A stretch of 64,000 nt of DNA from Macrostomum lignano (Eukaryota), in NCBI GenBank assembly GCA_002269645.1, contig NIVC01001861.1, positions 1-64,000 on the forward strand. The letters run 5' to 3'. This document shows, piece after piece, positions 29,030-42,373 of the stretch. Positions within the stretch are counted from its first letter, which is position 1; each line of letters opens with the position of its first letter. Under the pieces are notes generated by a model. The model made no database searches, was not told the origin of the DNA, and saw only the letters and a program-made list of their open reading frames with translations. The position numbers were made by a program, and so were the translations under genes.

Positions 29030-32000
29030 CTAGTGCCGCTTGAAGTGCCTCAGCCGTCGCAGGTTGGTCTTCAGCAGGTTGATATCGCGAGACAACGTGG
29101 ATAAGTCAAGAATCACAACAAGGACGCAGAACACCACCACGATCATGATGACTACGGCGCCAACGCTTCCAGCGTTGCCTGCCTCCTTAGCCGGGGGCAC
29201 GTAGTGCTTCTGGTTGCCTTGTAGTTGGAGTGCCTCCGACTTCTCTGTTGATATTTAAGGTTGCATTAAGGCATTCACGATCGATGAGCATAATTGATAG
29301 TCTATTATCTTTTAATTCTGTGTGCCCTCTCCTTTTTGTTTAATACAGCCAAGCCACATCTCTTCCTGCGAGCTCTCGCGCTTCCCTCTTTCCAGCTTGG
29401 CACTGGCTATTTCTCACAGTTCGATTTCTAACTATTTTCTAAGAAACAAAAGTCCTTCCTGTTCGCCTCTGACTATTTTCTAAGAAACAAAAGTCCTTCC
29501 TGTTTGCCTCTGATTATTTTCTAAGAAACAAAAGTCCTTCCTGTTCGCCTCTGACTATTTTCTAAGAAACAAAAGTCCTTCCTGTTCGCCTCTGACTATT
29601 TTCTAAGAAACAAAAGTCCTTCCTGTTCGCCTCTAACTATTTTCTGAGAAACAAAAGTCCTTCCTGTTCGCCTCTGACTATTTTCTAAGAAACCAAAGTC
29701 CTTTCAGTTCGCCTCTGACTATTTTCTAAGAAACCAAAGTCCTTTCAGTTCGCCTCTGACTATTTTCTAAGAAACAAAAGTCCTTCCTGTTCGCCTCTGA
29801 CTATTTCTAAGAAACAAAAGTCCTTCCTGTTGGCCTCTGACTATTTCTAAGAAACCAAAGTCCTTCCTGTTCGCCTTTAACTATTTTCTAAGAAACAAAA
29901 GTCCTTCCTGTTCGCCTCTGTCAATTTTCTAAGAAACAAAAGTCCTTCCTGTTGGCCTCTGACTATTCTCTAAGAAACAAAAGTCCTTCCTGTTTGCCTC
30001 TGACTATTTTCTAAGAAACAAAAGTCCTTCCTGTTCGCCTCTGACTATTTTCTAAGAAACAAAAGTCCTTCCTGTTCGCCTCTAACTATTTTCTAAGAAA
30101 CAAAAGTCCTTCCTGTTCGCCTCTAACTATTTTCTGAGAAACAAAAGTCCTTTCAGTTCGCCTCTGACTATTTTCTAAGAAACAAAAGTCCTTTCAGTTC
30201 GCCTCTGACTATTTTCTAAGAAACCAAAGTCCTTTCAGTTCGCCTCTGACTATTTTCTAAGAAACCAAAGTCCTTTCAGTTCGCCTCTGACTATTTTCTA
30301 AGAAACAAAAGTCCTTCCTGTTCGCCTCTGACTATTTCTAAGAAACAAAAGTCCTTCCTGTTGGCCTCTGACTATTTCTAAGAAATCAAAGTCCTTCCTG
30401 TTCGCCTTTAACTATTTTCTAAGAAACAAAAGTCCTTCCTGTTCGCCTCTGACTATTTTCTAAGAAACAAAAGTCCTTCCTGTTTGCCTCTGACTATTTT
30501 CTAAGAAACAAAAGTCCTTCCTGTTCGCCTCTGTCAATTTTCTAAGAAACAAAAGTCCTTCCTGTTGGCCTCTGACTATTCTCTAAGAAACAAAAGTCCT
30601 TCCTGTTCGCCTCTGACTATTTTCTAAGAAACAAAAGTCCTTTCAGTTCGCCTCTGACTATTTTCTAAGAAACAAAAGTCCTTCCTGTTCGCCTCTGACT
30701 ATTTTCTAAGAAACAAAAGTCCTTCCTGTTTGCCTCTGACTATTTTCTAAGAAACAAAAGTCCTTCCTGTTCGCCTCTGTCAATTTTCTAAGAAACAAAA
30801 GTCCTTCCTGTTGGCCTCTGACTATTCTCTAAGAAACAAAAGTCCTTCCTGTTCGCCTCTAACTATTCTCTAAGAAACAAAAGTCCTTCCTGTTCGCCTC
30901 TGACTATTTTCTAAGAAACAAAAGTCCTTTCAGTTCGCCTCTGACTATTTTCTAAGAAACAAAAGTCCCAGTGAATGAGGCGTAAGACGCTGGCTCCTCA
31001 CTAATGCACTCGGGCAGATCGCTGGTATTCCACTGGCCATCGGCTTTGCAGAACAGAGCCGGCTCTCCGACGCCAGTCTCGGTGCCATTCTCGCACGTGA
31101 AGCTGATCTCAGTGGCGTAGGGGTAAGTCTCAGGTAGGTTGACCTCGATTGCGGGCACAATGGCCACTGTGCCATTTCCGTACTTCACCGTAGTTTTGGC
31201 TTTGTACTGGGCGTTCTTCACGATGGCCGCGGCGTCAGCTGTCCGACGGATGATTCTGTCTGAGAGGCAGCTGACGGCTGTTGCGGCAAGGAAAGAAGAG
31301 GACGTACGTGATTATCCTTGAGTGTCAGACTGCGAAAGACGTTTATTGCGCTTGGGTTTTTATGATTCGAAATCTTTCAAGATGCGAAACCTGTGCTCAG
31401 GAGTAACAGTTAGCAGGGAGTGAAAGTGCTCAGAGTGCTTGTTGTACTTTGAGGCAGCGTGGCCAAAACCACCAGCCAATCAGAACGCAAGAACTCTAGG
31501 CGGCGGGCAAGCCGCATACACAACAGTGCTCACTCACGCGTGCACTGCAGAGTTTTGAGCCGTTGCAGATCCGTACCCTGCGCTCCGTACCACTGCGCCT
31601 TGATGAGGCTGCCATTGGCTAGGCCGCAACGGAGCAGCTTCTCAAACTGGCGGTCCTCGAAGAAGTAGCCAATTTGACGACACTTGACGGACACCAGGTT
31701 TGGATAGAAGGGGAAACTCGACTGTTGAAATTCGCCGTAGCTCTTCTGGTCGTCGCGATTCTCCGCCTTGTACGGAGCCGCCTGGCTGCTGATCACAGTG
31801 CTGATGTCGTCGCATTTCACGGCTGGATTGGATTGGAGAGTTGCACTCAAATATAGCAAAGGTGATCATTTTATTTTATTTCTGACCAGATGTAACCAAC
31901 GGACCAAATTCGAGATCATTCGAGAAAGCCACTTAAACCCCCAGACACCCAAGGATGGGTTTCACAAACGCGAAATTTTTTGCACTTACTTTCATATACG

Positions 32001-35000
32001 AAGTCTTTTTAGCGGTTGTGAAAGTTTTGAGTAGCGGTTGTGTAAATGGTATTAAGATAACATTTAGCGGTTGTGAAGTTTCGCGTTTGTGAAGTTTCGC
32101 GTTTATGAAAGTAGGTGATTTAGCGGTTGTGAAGTTTTGCGTTTATGAAAGTAGGTGATTTAGCGGTTGTGAAGTTTTGCGTTTATGAAAGTAGGTGATT
32201 TAGCGGTTGTGAAGTTTTGCGTTTATGAAAGTAGGTGATTTAGCGGTTGTGAAGTTTCGCGTTTATGAAAGTAGGTGATTTAGCGGTTGTGAAATTTCGC
32301 GTTTATGAAAGTAGGTGATTTAGCGGTTGTGAAGTTTCGCGTTTATGAAAGTAGGTGATTTAGCGGTTGTGAAGTTTAGCGTTTATGAAAGTAGGTGATT
32401 TAGCGGTTGTGAAATTTCGCGTTTATGAAAGTAGGTGATTTAGCGGTTGTGAAGTTTCGCGTTTATGAAAGTAGGTGATTTAGCGGTTGTGAAGTTTCGC
32501 GTTTGTGAAAGCAACCCACAACCGGGACACCCAAACCCTAAGACTCAAGGAGATCACTAGAATTGGACTCTCGCGCCAAAAGTATCAGGGTTCGATTGCG
32601 CGAGCAGCCACGTTAATTTGGTGTTCTTGCACAGAAATTTGTCGGGGCCACGGATACTAAAATAGCTAGATGGGCCACTCAGGCATAAATACTTGGTAAA
32701 ACACCTGTCTACTTTCAGTTCAGTAGCAAAGAAGAATACATAAGCTATTTTATAAAAATAAAGGCAGCTGAAATTTCTTTGATAAGTTTAGAAGCCCAAG
32801 CTTGCAGGCGTAAACAACTTGCTAATTGGTTCAGCAGTAATGTAGATTGGCCAGTCCACTGGAATGTTATACATGGCAGCTTTGGCTTGGAATTCCGAGA
32901 AAAGCAATAAAAATTGAAGGGGCGAGGAGCATAGTGGGGAAAGGCGCGGTTCGAGGGTTTAGGCGGGGTGGTATTAAGAGCCAATAAATGAGCTTTGGCT
33001 TAAAAATACATTCGAATTCTTCTGTACTACTGAACTGAAAGTAGCTTACACGCAAATATACTGAGTGGCCCATCTAGTTACTCTAGCATCTGTGGCCTTA
33101 GGTAAGATTCGCGCCCAAGAGGGCCAACCTTAAGGCATGACAAGTCGACTCTTACATTACAAAACGATGAGCCTCAGGATCAACTTCTATCCTTGCTGAT
33201 TTCTACCACCTAAATTCTAAACCCATTTAGATTTGCACTTGATTGCAAACGCACCGGTGCAAGTGTTGAGGTCTGGCGGGCTCCATTCTCCCTGCGTTGG
33301 ATCCCTGAAGCTCTGGTCGCAGGCGATCTCGCCAGTAATCACACTGCTGTTCTTGTAGGACACGTAGCCTTTCTTGCAGTTGACGCTGAACTGATGCGTG
33401 TAGTTGTAGAATTCGTGCACCAGAGTGTCGGCGTACGGCATCACGTGCGGAATGCGCATGTCCGACTTCAGGATGGTGGCGTTGCAGCGAATCGCTGAAA
33501 TAATAAAATGACTTTATTTCAAGTCAAACAAAAACAAAACAAAACATCAAGCGCGAAGGTGACAGCAGCGCGCACTTGAGTCCATTTCCTCCATTCCAAG
33601 GACTGGAGGGGGGGGGTCGCCACAAACACACCCTCAATGACCCCAGCTAATGCTGGTACCCATTTTACAGCCGGATGAATTGAAGTATAATGCAGAGTTG
33701 AGTGTGTTGCTCAAGGACACCAACTGTTCCAGCATGATCGAGAATCGAACCCCCAACCTTTCACTCGTGAGTCCAATGCTCTAATCACAAGGCTACAACC
33801 ACCTCCCATTATTGTAGAGAGCATAAAACCAACTATTATGACACAAGCAACCCAGCCTCACGATAGCAGGGCTCAATCGATCCGTAGGCAAAGGTGCCAT
33901 TAGCCAAGCAGAACGCTTGATGCGGCAGCAGGCCCTCCGGTGTGGGCGTCGCCGCCGGAGTCTTCGCTAACGGCCTGTCGCTGTTCCTGTAGAAGCCGGG
34001 CCGACAGCGGATGTCGGACAGCAGCCCGTGATGAGGCACATTCTCGAGGTGCAGGCCATAGCTGATGTTCGACATGACCATCGTCAGAGGGTTGAGGCCG
34101 CGGATCTGGGACACGGAGCATGTGCTGGCTGGGGACGTTGGTGTGAGGGGGGAGCATATTGTGAAACCCAAACATTCTACTACTCTTCAGTAGTACGAGT
34201 AATTGTCGCAGATTTCAGTTAGAAAGCGCACCTGGCTTCTCGCAGACCACGGTAAAATTGTTGGTGCAGCTCTCGGCTCGAAGGCCCGAGCTGGGCGCCC
34301 AGTAGCCGCTAGCAGACGCGACGCTCACATCGATGATCAGCCGGCTGCAGTTCCGACCGGCCGGGCTCGCTGGCAAACCGCCGGGGGACCAGAACTTGCT
34401 GTCCACAGAGGCACTGGTAGCCTGCCAGATCCATTCGCTGTCTGCAGAGGGTGGCAGCATTAAGTCTTATACTGTACTGAAAGAGGGCACTGAAATCCAA
34501 AACAATCATCGAATCCATGAGGCAGAATTAGACTTGAAAGAACTTTCTCGGACGCATTCAAATGACATACGAAAACTCACGCAAAGATCCATTGCACGCA
34601 TTACAGTTTAGACAAAAAGGTACAACGCTCATGCAGCAACCGACCGTTCTTGGGCGACACAACCGCGTCGGCCCAGATGCTCGCCCCGGTGAACAGCACC
34701 GCCATGCAGTAGGCCGACAGGTCGAATACGTTCGCATCTCCGTCCACTCTGGCCAGACTGCCGCCAGCGGTGGCGCATCGTTGCCGCGCGGTCTCTCGGC
34801 CGACGGGAGCGTAGACGCTGCCGAGACGTTGGTAGCACTTGCCAGACACCGGCATGTAGGTCCACTCAGAGCCTGAGCACACTGTGGCACCGTTCACTGG
34901 CGGCATCGCATTGGCCGAAGACTGGAAATCTGCAGGTAAATCACCGAAGTGAAACTTAAGTTTAGGAACTCAAGGACTACTAAAGTAGAAGGAAGCAGCG

Positions 35001-35822
35001 CCCGAAATTTATGGAAAAAGGTTTTAAAGGCCACTTTACACCGAAAATACACTACGTAGATACGAAGTTTTCATTTTTTCAGCACAAAAATCGTTGTTGC
35101 TTTGGATAGGAGGCAGATCCAGTGCTCATCTCTTGATATGCTGTGCCTTTCTTATAGCTCTATCGATATTCATAAAGCTTTTTGTTCAGAAAATTAGAAT
35201 TCTATGTTAATTTCTTATCCTACGTACAATTGCATATGTCCTGTGCCTAAAAACCTTTAAAATGGCACGGCCCAGCTCATTGGTTTTATGAATCTATTTT
35301 GTCATTCTTAGCTGTGTAACAATATGTGTTTACAGCAGAGATGGATAAAATAGATTCATAAAACCACATACTCGAGCTGTGCCATGTATTTAATGATTTT
35401 TAGGTACAGGAAACATAGAATTCTAATTTTCTAAACGAAAAGCTTTATGAATATCAATAGAGCTATTAGAAAAGCACAACATATCAAAGAGATGAACATT
35501 GGGTCAGCCTCCTTTCAAAAGCAATAACAATTTTTGTGTTGAAAAAATGAAAACTTCGTATCTACGTAGTGTATTTTTCGGTGTAAAGTGGCCTTCAAAA
35601 CCTTTTTCCATGAAACGTGTGTCGCTTCCTGTATACGATGTTTTAGTTTTCCCTGTGGGAACTAAGAGAACTAAGATAACTAAGGTAACTAAGGTAATAG
35701 TTACTAAGGTAGGGGAACTAAGGTAAAAACACTGTATATAGAGTCAGGTAAAATCGAATGTCAAAACACTCACCTATGAGCCACAGCAAAGCAGCCGTTA
35801 AATGGTAGAGTAAAAGCAGCAT
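29030..35822 (-). CDS. Selectin-like type I membrane protein: signal peptide, C-type lectin, 4 sushi/CCP, TM, short basic tail; 608 aa; exons 35822-35774, 34929-34645, 34441-34232, 34128-33862, 33494-33255, 31822-31538, 31277-31002, 29244-29030
   Basis: All seven introns are GT-AG phase 1 and join to an open frame of 1827 nt. Signal MLLLLYHLTAALLWLIG; CTL WTYMPVSGKCY..ARQRCATAGGSLARV..WIW..CTNNFTVVCEKP; four Cys/Trp sushi-like exons (e.g. ISFTCENG..LFCKADGQWNTSDLPEC); TM VGAVVIMIVVVFCVLVVIL. Confidence 0.85.
29432..30966. repeat. Intronic minisatellite, 41 bp unit
   Basis: ttttctaagaaacaaaagtccttcctgttcgcctctgacta tandem copies. Confidence 0.95.
32025..32515. repeat. Intronic minisatellite, 40 bp unit
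   Basis: tagcggttgtgaagtttcgcgtttatgaaagtaggtgatt tandem copies. Confidence 0.95.
32560..32640 (+). mobile_element. Partial tRNA-derived SINE (family also at 37687 and 40340)
   Basis: B-box-like gggttcgattg followed by the shared tag gccacgttaatttg. Confidence 0.45.
33590..33808 (-). mobile_element. tRNA-derived SINE with CORE/Deu-like central domain
   Basis: Minus strand reads gggaggtggttgtagccttgtgattagagc..ggttcgattctc (A/B boxes), then gtgtccttgagcaacacactcaac...catccggctgtaaaatgggtacc. A 5' fragment of the same family lies at about 40755-40800. Confidence 0.7.
34970..35655. mobile_element. Foldback MITE with about 300 bp inverted arms
   Basis: atggaaaaaggttttaaaggccactttacaccgaaaatacactacgtagatacgaagttttc is mirrored by gaaaacttcgtatctacgtagtgtatttttcggtgtaaagtggccttcaaaacctttttccat; related to 62192-62648. 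Confidence 0.85.
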
Positions 35823-35986
35823 TGACAGTCGTTTCTTACACGAGTAAAAGAGGCCTGAAGAGAACAGAAGATGAGATTTTCAGCCTCCAGTCGATTAACT
35901 TGAGGCAGAATTTTTATACACCAAAAAGCTGGCCGAGGGGAAGAACAAGAAGGGGTTTAGCAGGGCAAAGCTTCTTGTGCTTCTGG

Positions 35987-36000
35987 ATTACCATGGCAAC
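35987..36000. promoter_or_regulatory. RFX X-box-like motif (ATTACCATGGCAAC)
   Basis: One mismatch to GTTRCCATRGYAAC, about 165 bp upstream of the lectin-sushi gene ATG. Confidence 0.5.
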
Positions 36001-36416
36001 GGTTAGTCACAAGAGAGAAGCACTCTCAGCTCCCTCTGCCCCGGCAGGGTGGGGACTCCAGTGTTTGCCTAGTTGCCGCTTCCGTTGCCGGCCAGTATAG
36101 GCTGGAAGAATACGATGGGAAGCACCGCTGCTGCTTCGCCAACTTTTCCGCTAAACTGCGCTCGCCCGTATACGACTCAAAACCTGCGCAGTAGAGTAAG
36201 CATATACAAAGTAAGATGGAGCTGCTGGAAACTCAAACCACTGTTTTTCTAGCTGCAGTTTCCTACCAAATATTGGCACAAAAAGCAACTTTTCTACTTG
36301 GCAGTCTACCCCGCACGAGGCGGCGAAGGTCTTCTTGGCTTGAGTATTACAGTTACAGCCCCTTGCTGCAGGCAAACAAAGTAGCATTTGCTTTAAACAT
36401 TTTCCTTAGTAGGATA

Positions 36417-36430
36417 CTTACCATAGCAAC
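36417..36430. promoter_or_regulatory. Second RFX X-box-like motif (CTTACCATAGCAAC)
   Basis: One mismatch to the consensus, about 600 bp upstream of the same ATG. Confidence 0.45.
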
Positions 36431-37686
36431 CGTACAAGGTCAAAAGCTACATGCAGTTTATTCCCCAATGAGGGGCGCAGATTGCTAGTCCACTATACTG
36501 TAGCATGCGTAGGCAGGCAGTTCGGGCACCTAGTTTGCACTCCGTGACCCCCACCCACCCAGCCTATCCACTTCCCTCTGCTCGAGCACATCCCAACGCG
36601 CACTCGATGAACCGGAAATCTGTGTTCTACCAGACAATAAATATACAGGCACAGGCACATTCTATTTCTCCACCTTTTTGAGTGGCTAACTCACACTCGC
36701 AACAACCAGCTAGAGTTGCTCGCTACATATACTAAAAATGGTTTGTCCGTAGCTATCTATCTAGGTTCGTGCTGGATTTCAGAAAAAATGGCTCAATCGA
36801 TTTTCTTGAGACTTGCACCGTTTGATCAGAATTTTTCCAGTGACAGTACTTGTCGGGAATAAAAAAAATTGCTCAATGCTAAAAGGATTAAATATTCGAA
36901 AAACAAGCTTTTTGCAAAGGTCAATCAGCATTTTCGAAAACGAATGCAAAGAATGACTGAATTCTGATTCTGACAAAGATTGCATCACAACAGGAATTTT
37001 ATTTATTATCAGTTATTTGGTGAAATTGTTGACTATAGGCATATATAGGCATATGCCGAATGTAAAATGAAAAATAATAAATTCTGTATGCATTTAGTGT
37101 CAATGCGCTAAAATGTCACACATTGTTTTGTTGCAGACTAAGCCAGATGATAAAAGCTGCTACCTCGGGTCAGGCACCACTGCGCTTAATTGTCTCTGCT
37201 TACTGTTGCAGCAATTCATGAGACCGATCCGTGTACCCTCTCAATGACTGCATTGCTATTTTGGAACATGTGTACTCAGCAACATTGAAAAGTTGCCAAT
37301 CTATGCGCCAGTGAGCAATTTCTCTGAGACTATTCTGAAACAAAAGATACGAGAAAACTGATCGGGGCAGCTTTAATCCGTCCAACAAAACCCTCGCACA
37401 CCGCTCCCCCACTTCATTCCTCAACCCAAGTCTGCCGCGGCGTACCTGATTTGCGTCACTCGCAAGATTGAGAGACTTTACCTGCACTCTCAAAAGTGGC
37501 GACAACAGACGGAATCTTGTGTGACGGCGAATTTTCGATGTGGCTGAGTATATTCTTCTATTCTGAAAAAGGCATTCTAAACTATTTTGTTGCATTAGCT
37601 CATATTCCTATAAGATGTATTGCATCCGTGTAGCAACCTACCAACCCCAGGGGAAATTCCGACGACTTTTCTTTTAATGCTCCAAA

Positions 37687-37800
37687 GGGGGGCCGTAGCC
37701 CAGCGGTAGCGCAGCTGCTCTGGTGTGCCAGCGACCCAGGCTCGATTCCAAGTGCAGTCACATTAATTTGGGGCTGAATTGGAATCTCGGCTTGGCTCTG
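37687..37800 (+). mobile_element. tRNA-derived SINE head
   Basis: A box TAGCCCAGCGG and B box GGCTCGATTCC without a paired acceptor stem, followed by cacattaatttg as in the copies at 32560 and 40340. Confidence 0.65.
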
Positions 37801-38214
37801 CTCGTGCACTCCTGTGTGAGTGTGTGCATGCCTGCGTACGTATCCGCGCGCTTGTATGCCTGCTCAGGGGAGTCGGCGGAATGGGTAGTTCTCGCCGGTT
37901 GTGTGCCTATGTCGCTTAAAGTGCGCCAGGGTGCACACAACCCCCTGCCTCTAATAAAAAAATTTAATGCTCCAGCGGGTTTGATACCTCTTCCTGCTGG
38001 CTGTAGCACAATTGAGGGAGCAAACATGGAAATAAATGATAGCATTTCTATAGTGTGGGCAAAGGCTTGAGCGACGACGACTAAGGGATCGATCGACTCT
38101 GCGAAATGGATCCTTGGCTGTTATTTTTCAATTAGGATTTTGTTACGCCGAAGCGATAAGTTAACTATTTTCGAAGCTAAAACGCTAGCAAAATACGTAA
38201 CGATGCAACATGTC

Positions 38215-39790
38215 AAACATAAAAGAAGCGGCATGTCAACCATGAAAGAAGCGGCATGTCAAACATGAAAGAAGCGGCATGTCAACCATGAAAGAAGCGG
38301 CATGTCAACCATAAAAGAAGCACCATTCAAGCGTAAAAGAAGCACCATGTCAAGCGTAAAAGAAGCACCATGTCAAGCGTAAAAGAAGCGCCATGTCAAA
38401 CATAAAAGAAGCGCCATGTCAACCATAAAAGAAGCGCCATGTCAAACATAAAAGAAGCGCCATGTCAAACATAAAAGAAACTTCATGTCAAACATAAAAG
38501 AAGCGCCATGTCAACCATAAAAGAAACTTCATGTCGAACATAAAAGAAGCGTCATGTCAACCATAAAAGAAACTTCATGTCGAACATAAAAGAAGCGTCA
38601 TGTCAAACATAAAAGAAACTTCATGTCAAACATAAAAGAAGCGCCATGTCAAACATGAAAGAAGCGTCATGTCAAACATGAAAGAAGCGTCATGTCAAAC
38701 ATGAAAGAAGCGTCATGTCAACCATAAAAGAAACTTCATGTCAAACATAAAAGAAACTTCATGTCAAACATAAAAGAAGCGTCATGTCAAACATAAAAGA
38801 AACTTCATGTCGAACATAAAAGAAGCGTCATGTCAAACATAAAAGAAGCGTCATGTCAAACATAAAAGAAGCGTCGTTTCAAACATAAAAGAAACTTCAT
38901 GTCAAACATAAAAGAAGCGTCATGTCAAACATAAAAGAAGCGTCATGTCAAACATAAAAGAAACTTCATGTCAAACATAAAAGAAGCGTCATGTCAAACA
39001 TAAAAGAAGCGTCATGTCAAACATAAAAGAAGCGTCATGTCAAACATAAAAGAAGCGTCATTTCAAACATAAAAGAAACTTCATGTCAAACATAAAAGAA
39101 GCGTCATGTCAAACATAAAAGAAGCGTCATGTCAAACATAAAAGAAACTTCATGTCAAACATAAAAGAAGCGTCATGTCAAACATAAAAGAAGCGTCATG
39201 TCAAACATAAAAGAAACTTCATGTCAAACATAAAAGAAGCGTCATGTCAAACATAAAAGAAGCGTCATGTCGAACATAAAAGAAGCGTCATGTCAAACAT
39301 AAAAGAAGCGTCATGTCGAACATAAAAGAAGCGTCATGTCAAACATAAAAGAAGCGTCATGTCAAACATAAAAGAAACTTCATGTCGAACATAAAAGAAG
39401 CGTCATGTCAAACATAAAAGAAGCGTCATGTCAAACATAAAAGAAGCGTCATTTCAAACATAAAAGAAACTTCATGTCAAACATAAAAGAAGCGTCATGT
39501 CAAACATAAAAGAAGCGTCATGTCAAACATAAAAGAAACTTCATGTCAAACATAAAAGAAGCGTCATGTCAAACATAAAAGAAGCGTCATGTCAAACATA
39601 AAAGAAACTTCATGTCAAACATAAAAGAAGCGTCATGTCAAACATAAAAGAAGCGTCATGTCAAACATAAAAGAAGCGTCATGTCAAACATAAAAGAAGC
39701 GTCATGTCGAACATAAAAGAAGCGTCATGTCAAACATAAAAGAAGCGTCATGTCAAACATAAAAGAAGCGTCATGTCAGACATAAAAGAC
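38215..39790. repeat. Minisatellite, 23 bp unit (catgtcaaacataaaagaagcgt)
   Basis: Tandem copies, intergenic. Confidence 0.95.
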
Positions 39791-40339
39791 TCCTTGGGGA
39801 ATCGGCTCATGAGGGGGGGGCGGCTGCTGAGTTTTCGGGGCTCATGGAGAAATACCCGAAATGCTGTGGCTCAAGGCTCATATGGAATTGCTGAGATGTC
39901 AAATATTCCGGTGTGAATTGCTGAAACGTCAGAGCTCACGGGGGATGGCTGAAATACTGTGGCTCTTGATCCAGTTGCTGAGATAGTAAGGCTAACGGGG
40001 GAATAGCTGAGATTTCGAGACTCATGAGGGGATTGCTGAAATGCTGCTGCTCATCGGGGGGAAGGGGTAGCTGAGATACCAAGGGTCAGTTGGATTCTGT
40101 TGGTAGGCCAACCTCGCTCACAGAGGATGCTGACAACTTAGACTAGATAGCTGGCTTTCAGGGCTGATGCTCTTTGCTTTTAACACCATTTCCTCAGGAT
40201 ATACTAACAATAGAGACTAAATTTAGCTTTCGAACATTGCATGCTTGAATTGACAACTTCTATGCTCAAAGTTGCAAGACAGAGAAAGTACATTCTTTTT
40301 GAGTCCTAGATTCAAATGAGCACCTTGCAGAGCCTGGTA

Positions 40340-40430
40340 GAAGTACCTAAATGTTGAGCACACTGAGCCAAAGACCTTGGGCTCGATTCCATGCGCGGCC
40401 ACATTAATTTAGGCCTCGTGTACGAAATTT
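40340..40430 (+). mobile_element. Partial tRNA-derived SINE
   Basis: gggctcgattcc..gccacattaattt shared with the 37687 copy. Confidence 0.5.
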
Positions 40431-41089
40431 GACACCTGGAGCTCGGAGAGTGTACATGAATGGACTATGAGAAATTTAGGACCCGTGTCTGTATCCGTTA
40501 GTATCCGTCTGTATGCTCAAAGGTCTGCTAGCAAGCCTGCATCGATCGATTTGACGAGATTATACCGGCGTTAAATTTCTACGTAGGATCTGAACTAGTC
40601 TGTACTGCAGGCTGGAGCGGTGAGAGCTGCTTGAGTGAGATGGACAGATTTAAGGGCTCTAAAAAGCCTTGCTATATTAAGCTCGTTGAAAGCCTCACTC
40701 ACTACGAGCTAACACTGCCGATGGTTGATTGACAAATACGCATACCAAACCATGGATCTTTCAGTCGTGAGTCCAACGCTTTAACCACTAGGCTGCAACT
40801 CTTTAATTATAAATATAACTACAATCAAGCAACTAAGAATTATTTGCATTGTTTGCGCTTTAAGACAGCACTGTCAGATTAGGCACAAAACTCTGTAGCG
40901 TGTATTTTCCTAACACAAAAATGCATTGAACTTATCAGACATTTGCAAATAGTTCAGAACCATTGAAAGAAAAAAATTACAAAAATAAAATTACAAAATA
41001 CATAATACGACTTTAATAAATAGGGAACAATGCTTAATGCACTTGAAGTTGACAAGCACAAACTAGCCAAGTCACACAGTCAAGTCCTA

Positions 41090-41550
41090 TCAATCAGGCG
41101 CTACAGAGGGCATCAGGCCTCTGATGTACAAGTTGCCCGCGCTCTTCGTCCGCTTTTTCTTGTTTTTCTTAGCCTTCTTCGGGCGCGCAGGCTCTGCATC
41201 TACATCGGGCAGCTCCTCAGATTCTGCCGCCACCTCTGAGAGAGAATCCAGTTGCTTCTGTTTCTTCTTCCGCTTCTTAGACGATTTCTTTTGCTTGGAG
41301 TCGTCATCGTTGCCGTCGGAGGCTGCGGTCGTAGAAAAAGCGCGCAGTAACAGGTCAGCAGCTCGCCGATGCCTGCGATTAGTGATTTTTTTATTAGAGG
41401 TGGCAGCATACTGTATGTGGCACTGATGGATCAGGTATATGATAGCACAGACAGACAGACAGACACTAAGACATTAAGACAGACACATAGACAGACAGAC
41501 AGACAGACAGACAGTCAGACAGACAGACACTAAGACATTAAGACAGACAC

Positions 41551-41593
<43 letters not shown>

Positions 41594-41896
41594 CTAAGAC
41601 ATTAAGACAGACACATAGACAGACAGACAGACAGACAGACAGTCAGACAGACAGACAGACAGACACTAAGACAGACAGACACTAAGACAGACAGACACTA
41701 AGGGCCGTATGCAGAAAGCTCTGTCTAGGGTAGTCCGGTCATGAAAAGCTAGTCTAGACTAGGATTTGGTATGCAGAAACACAAAGTTAGACCAGTCTAC
41801 TATAGCACAACTAGGCTAGCTAGACCATAGACTATAGACTGAACTACCCAAGTCCGGACTAGCTAGTCTGGATTAGGCTTTCTGCATACGGCCCTA

Positions 41897-41993
<97 letters not shown>

Positions 41994-42046
41994 GTCAGAC
42001 AGACAGTCAGGCAGACAGACAGACAGTCAGTCAGACAGACACAGAC

Positions 42047-42113
<67 letters not shown>

Positions 42114-42132
42114 CTAAAACACTAAGACACTA

Positions 42133-42197
<65 letters not shown>

Positions 42198-42258
42198 GTC
42201 AGTCAGACAGACATACAGACAGACAGACACTAAGACACTAAGACAGTCAGACAGACAT

Positions 42259-42301
<43 letters not shown>

Positions 42302-42320
42302 CTAAAACACTAAGACACTA

Positions 42321-42373
<53 letters not shown>

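Noticed and set aside
37200-37595. 131-aa ORF on the minus strand
   Set aside because: No domain and no convincing splice sites; probably TE-derived or random
37687-37765. Possible tRNA gene
   Set aside because: A and B boxes are present but the acceptor and anticodon stems do not pair, and the downstream tag is shared with other copies, so it is a SINE head
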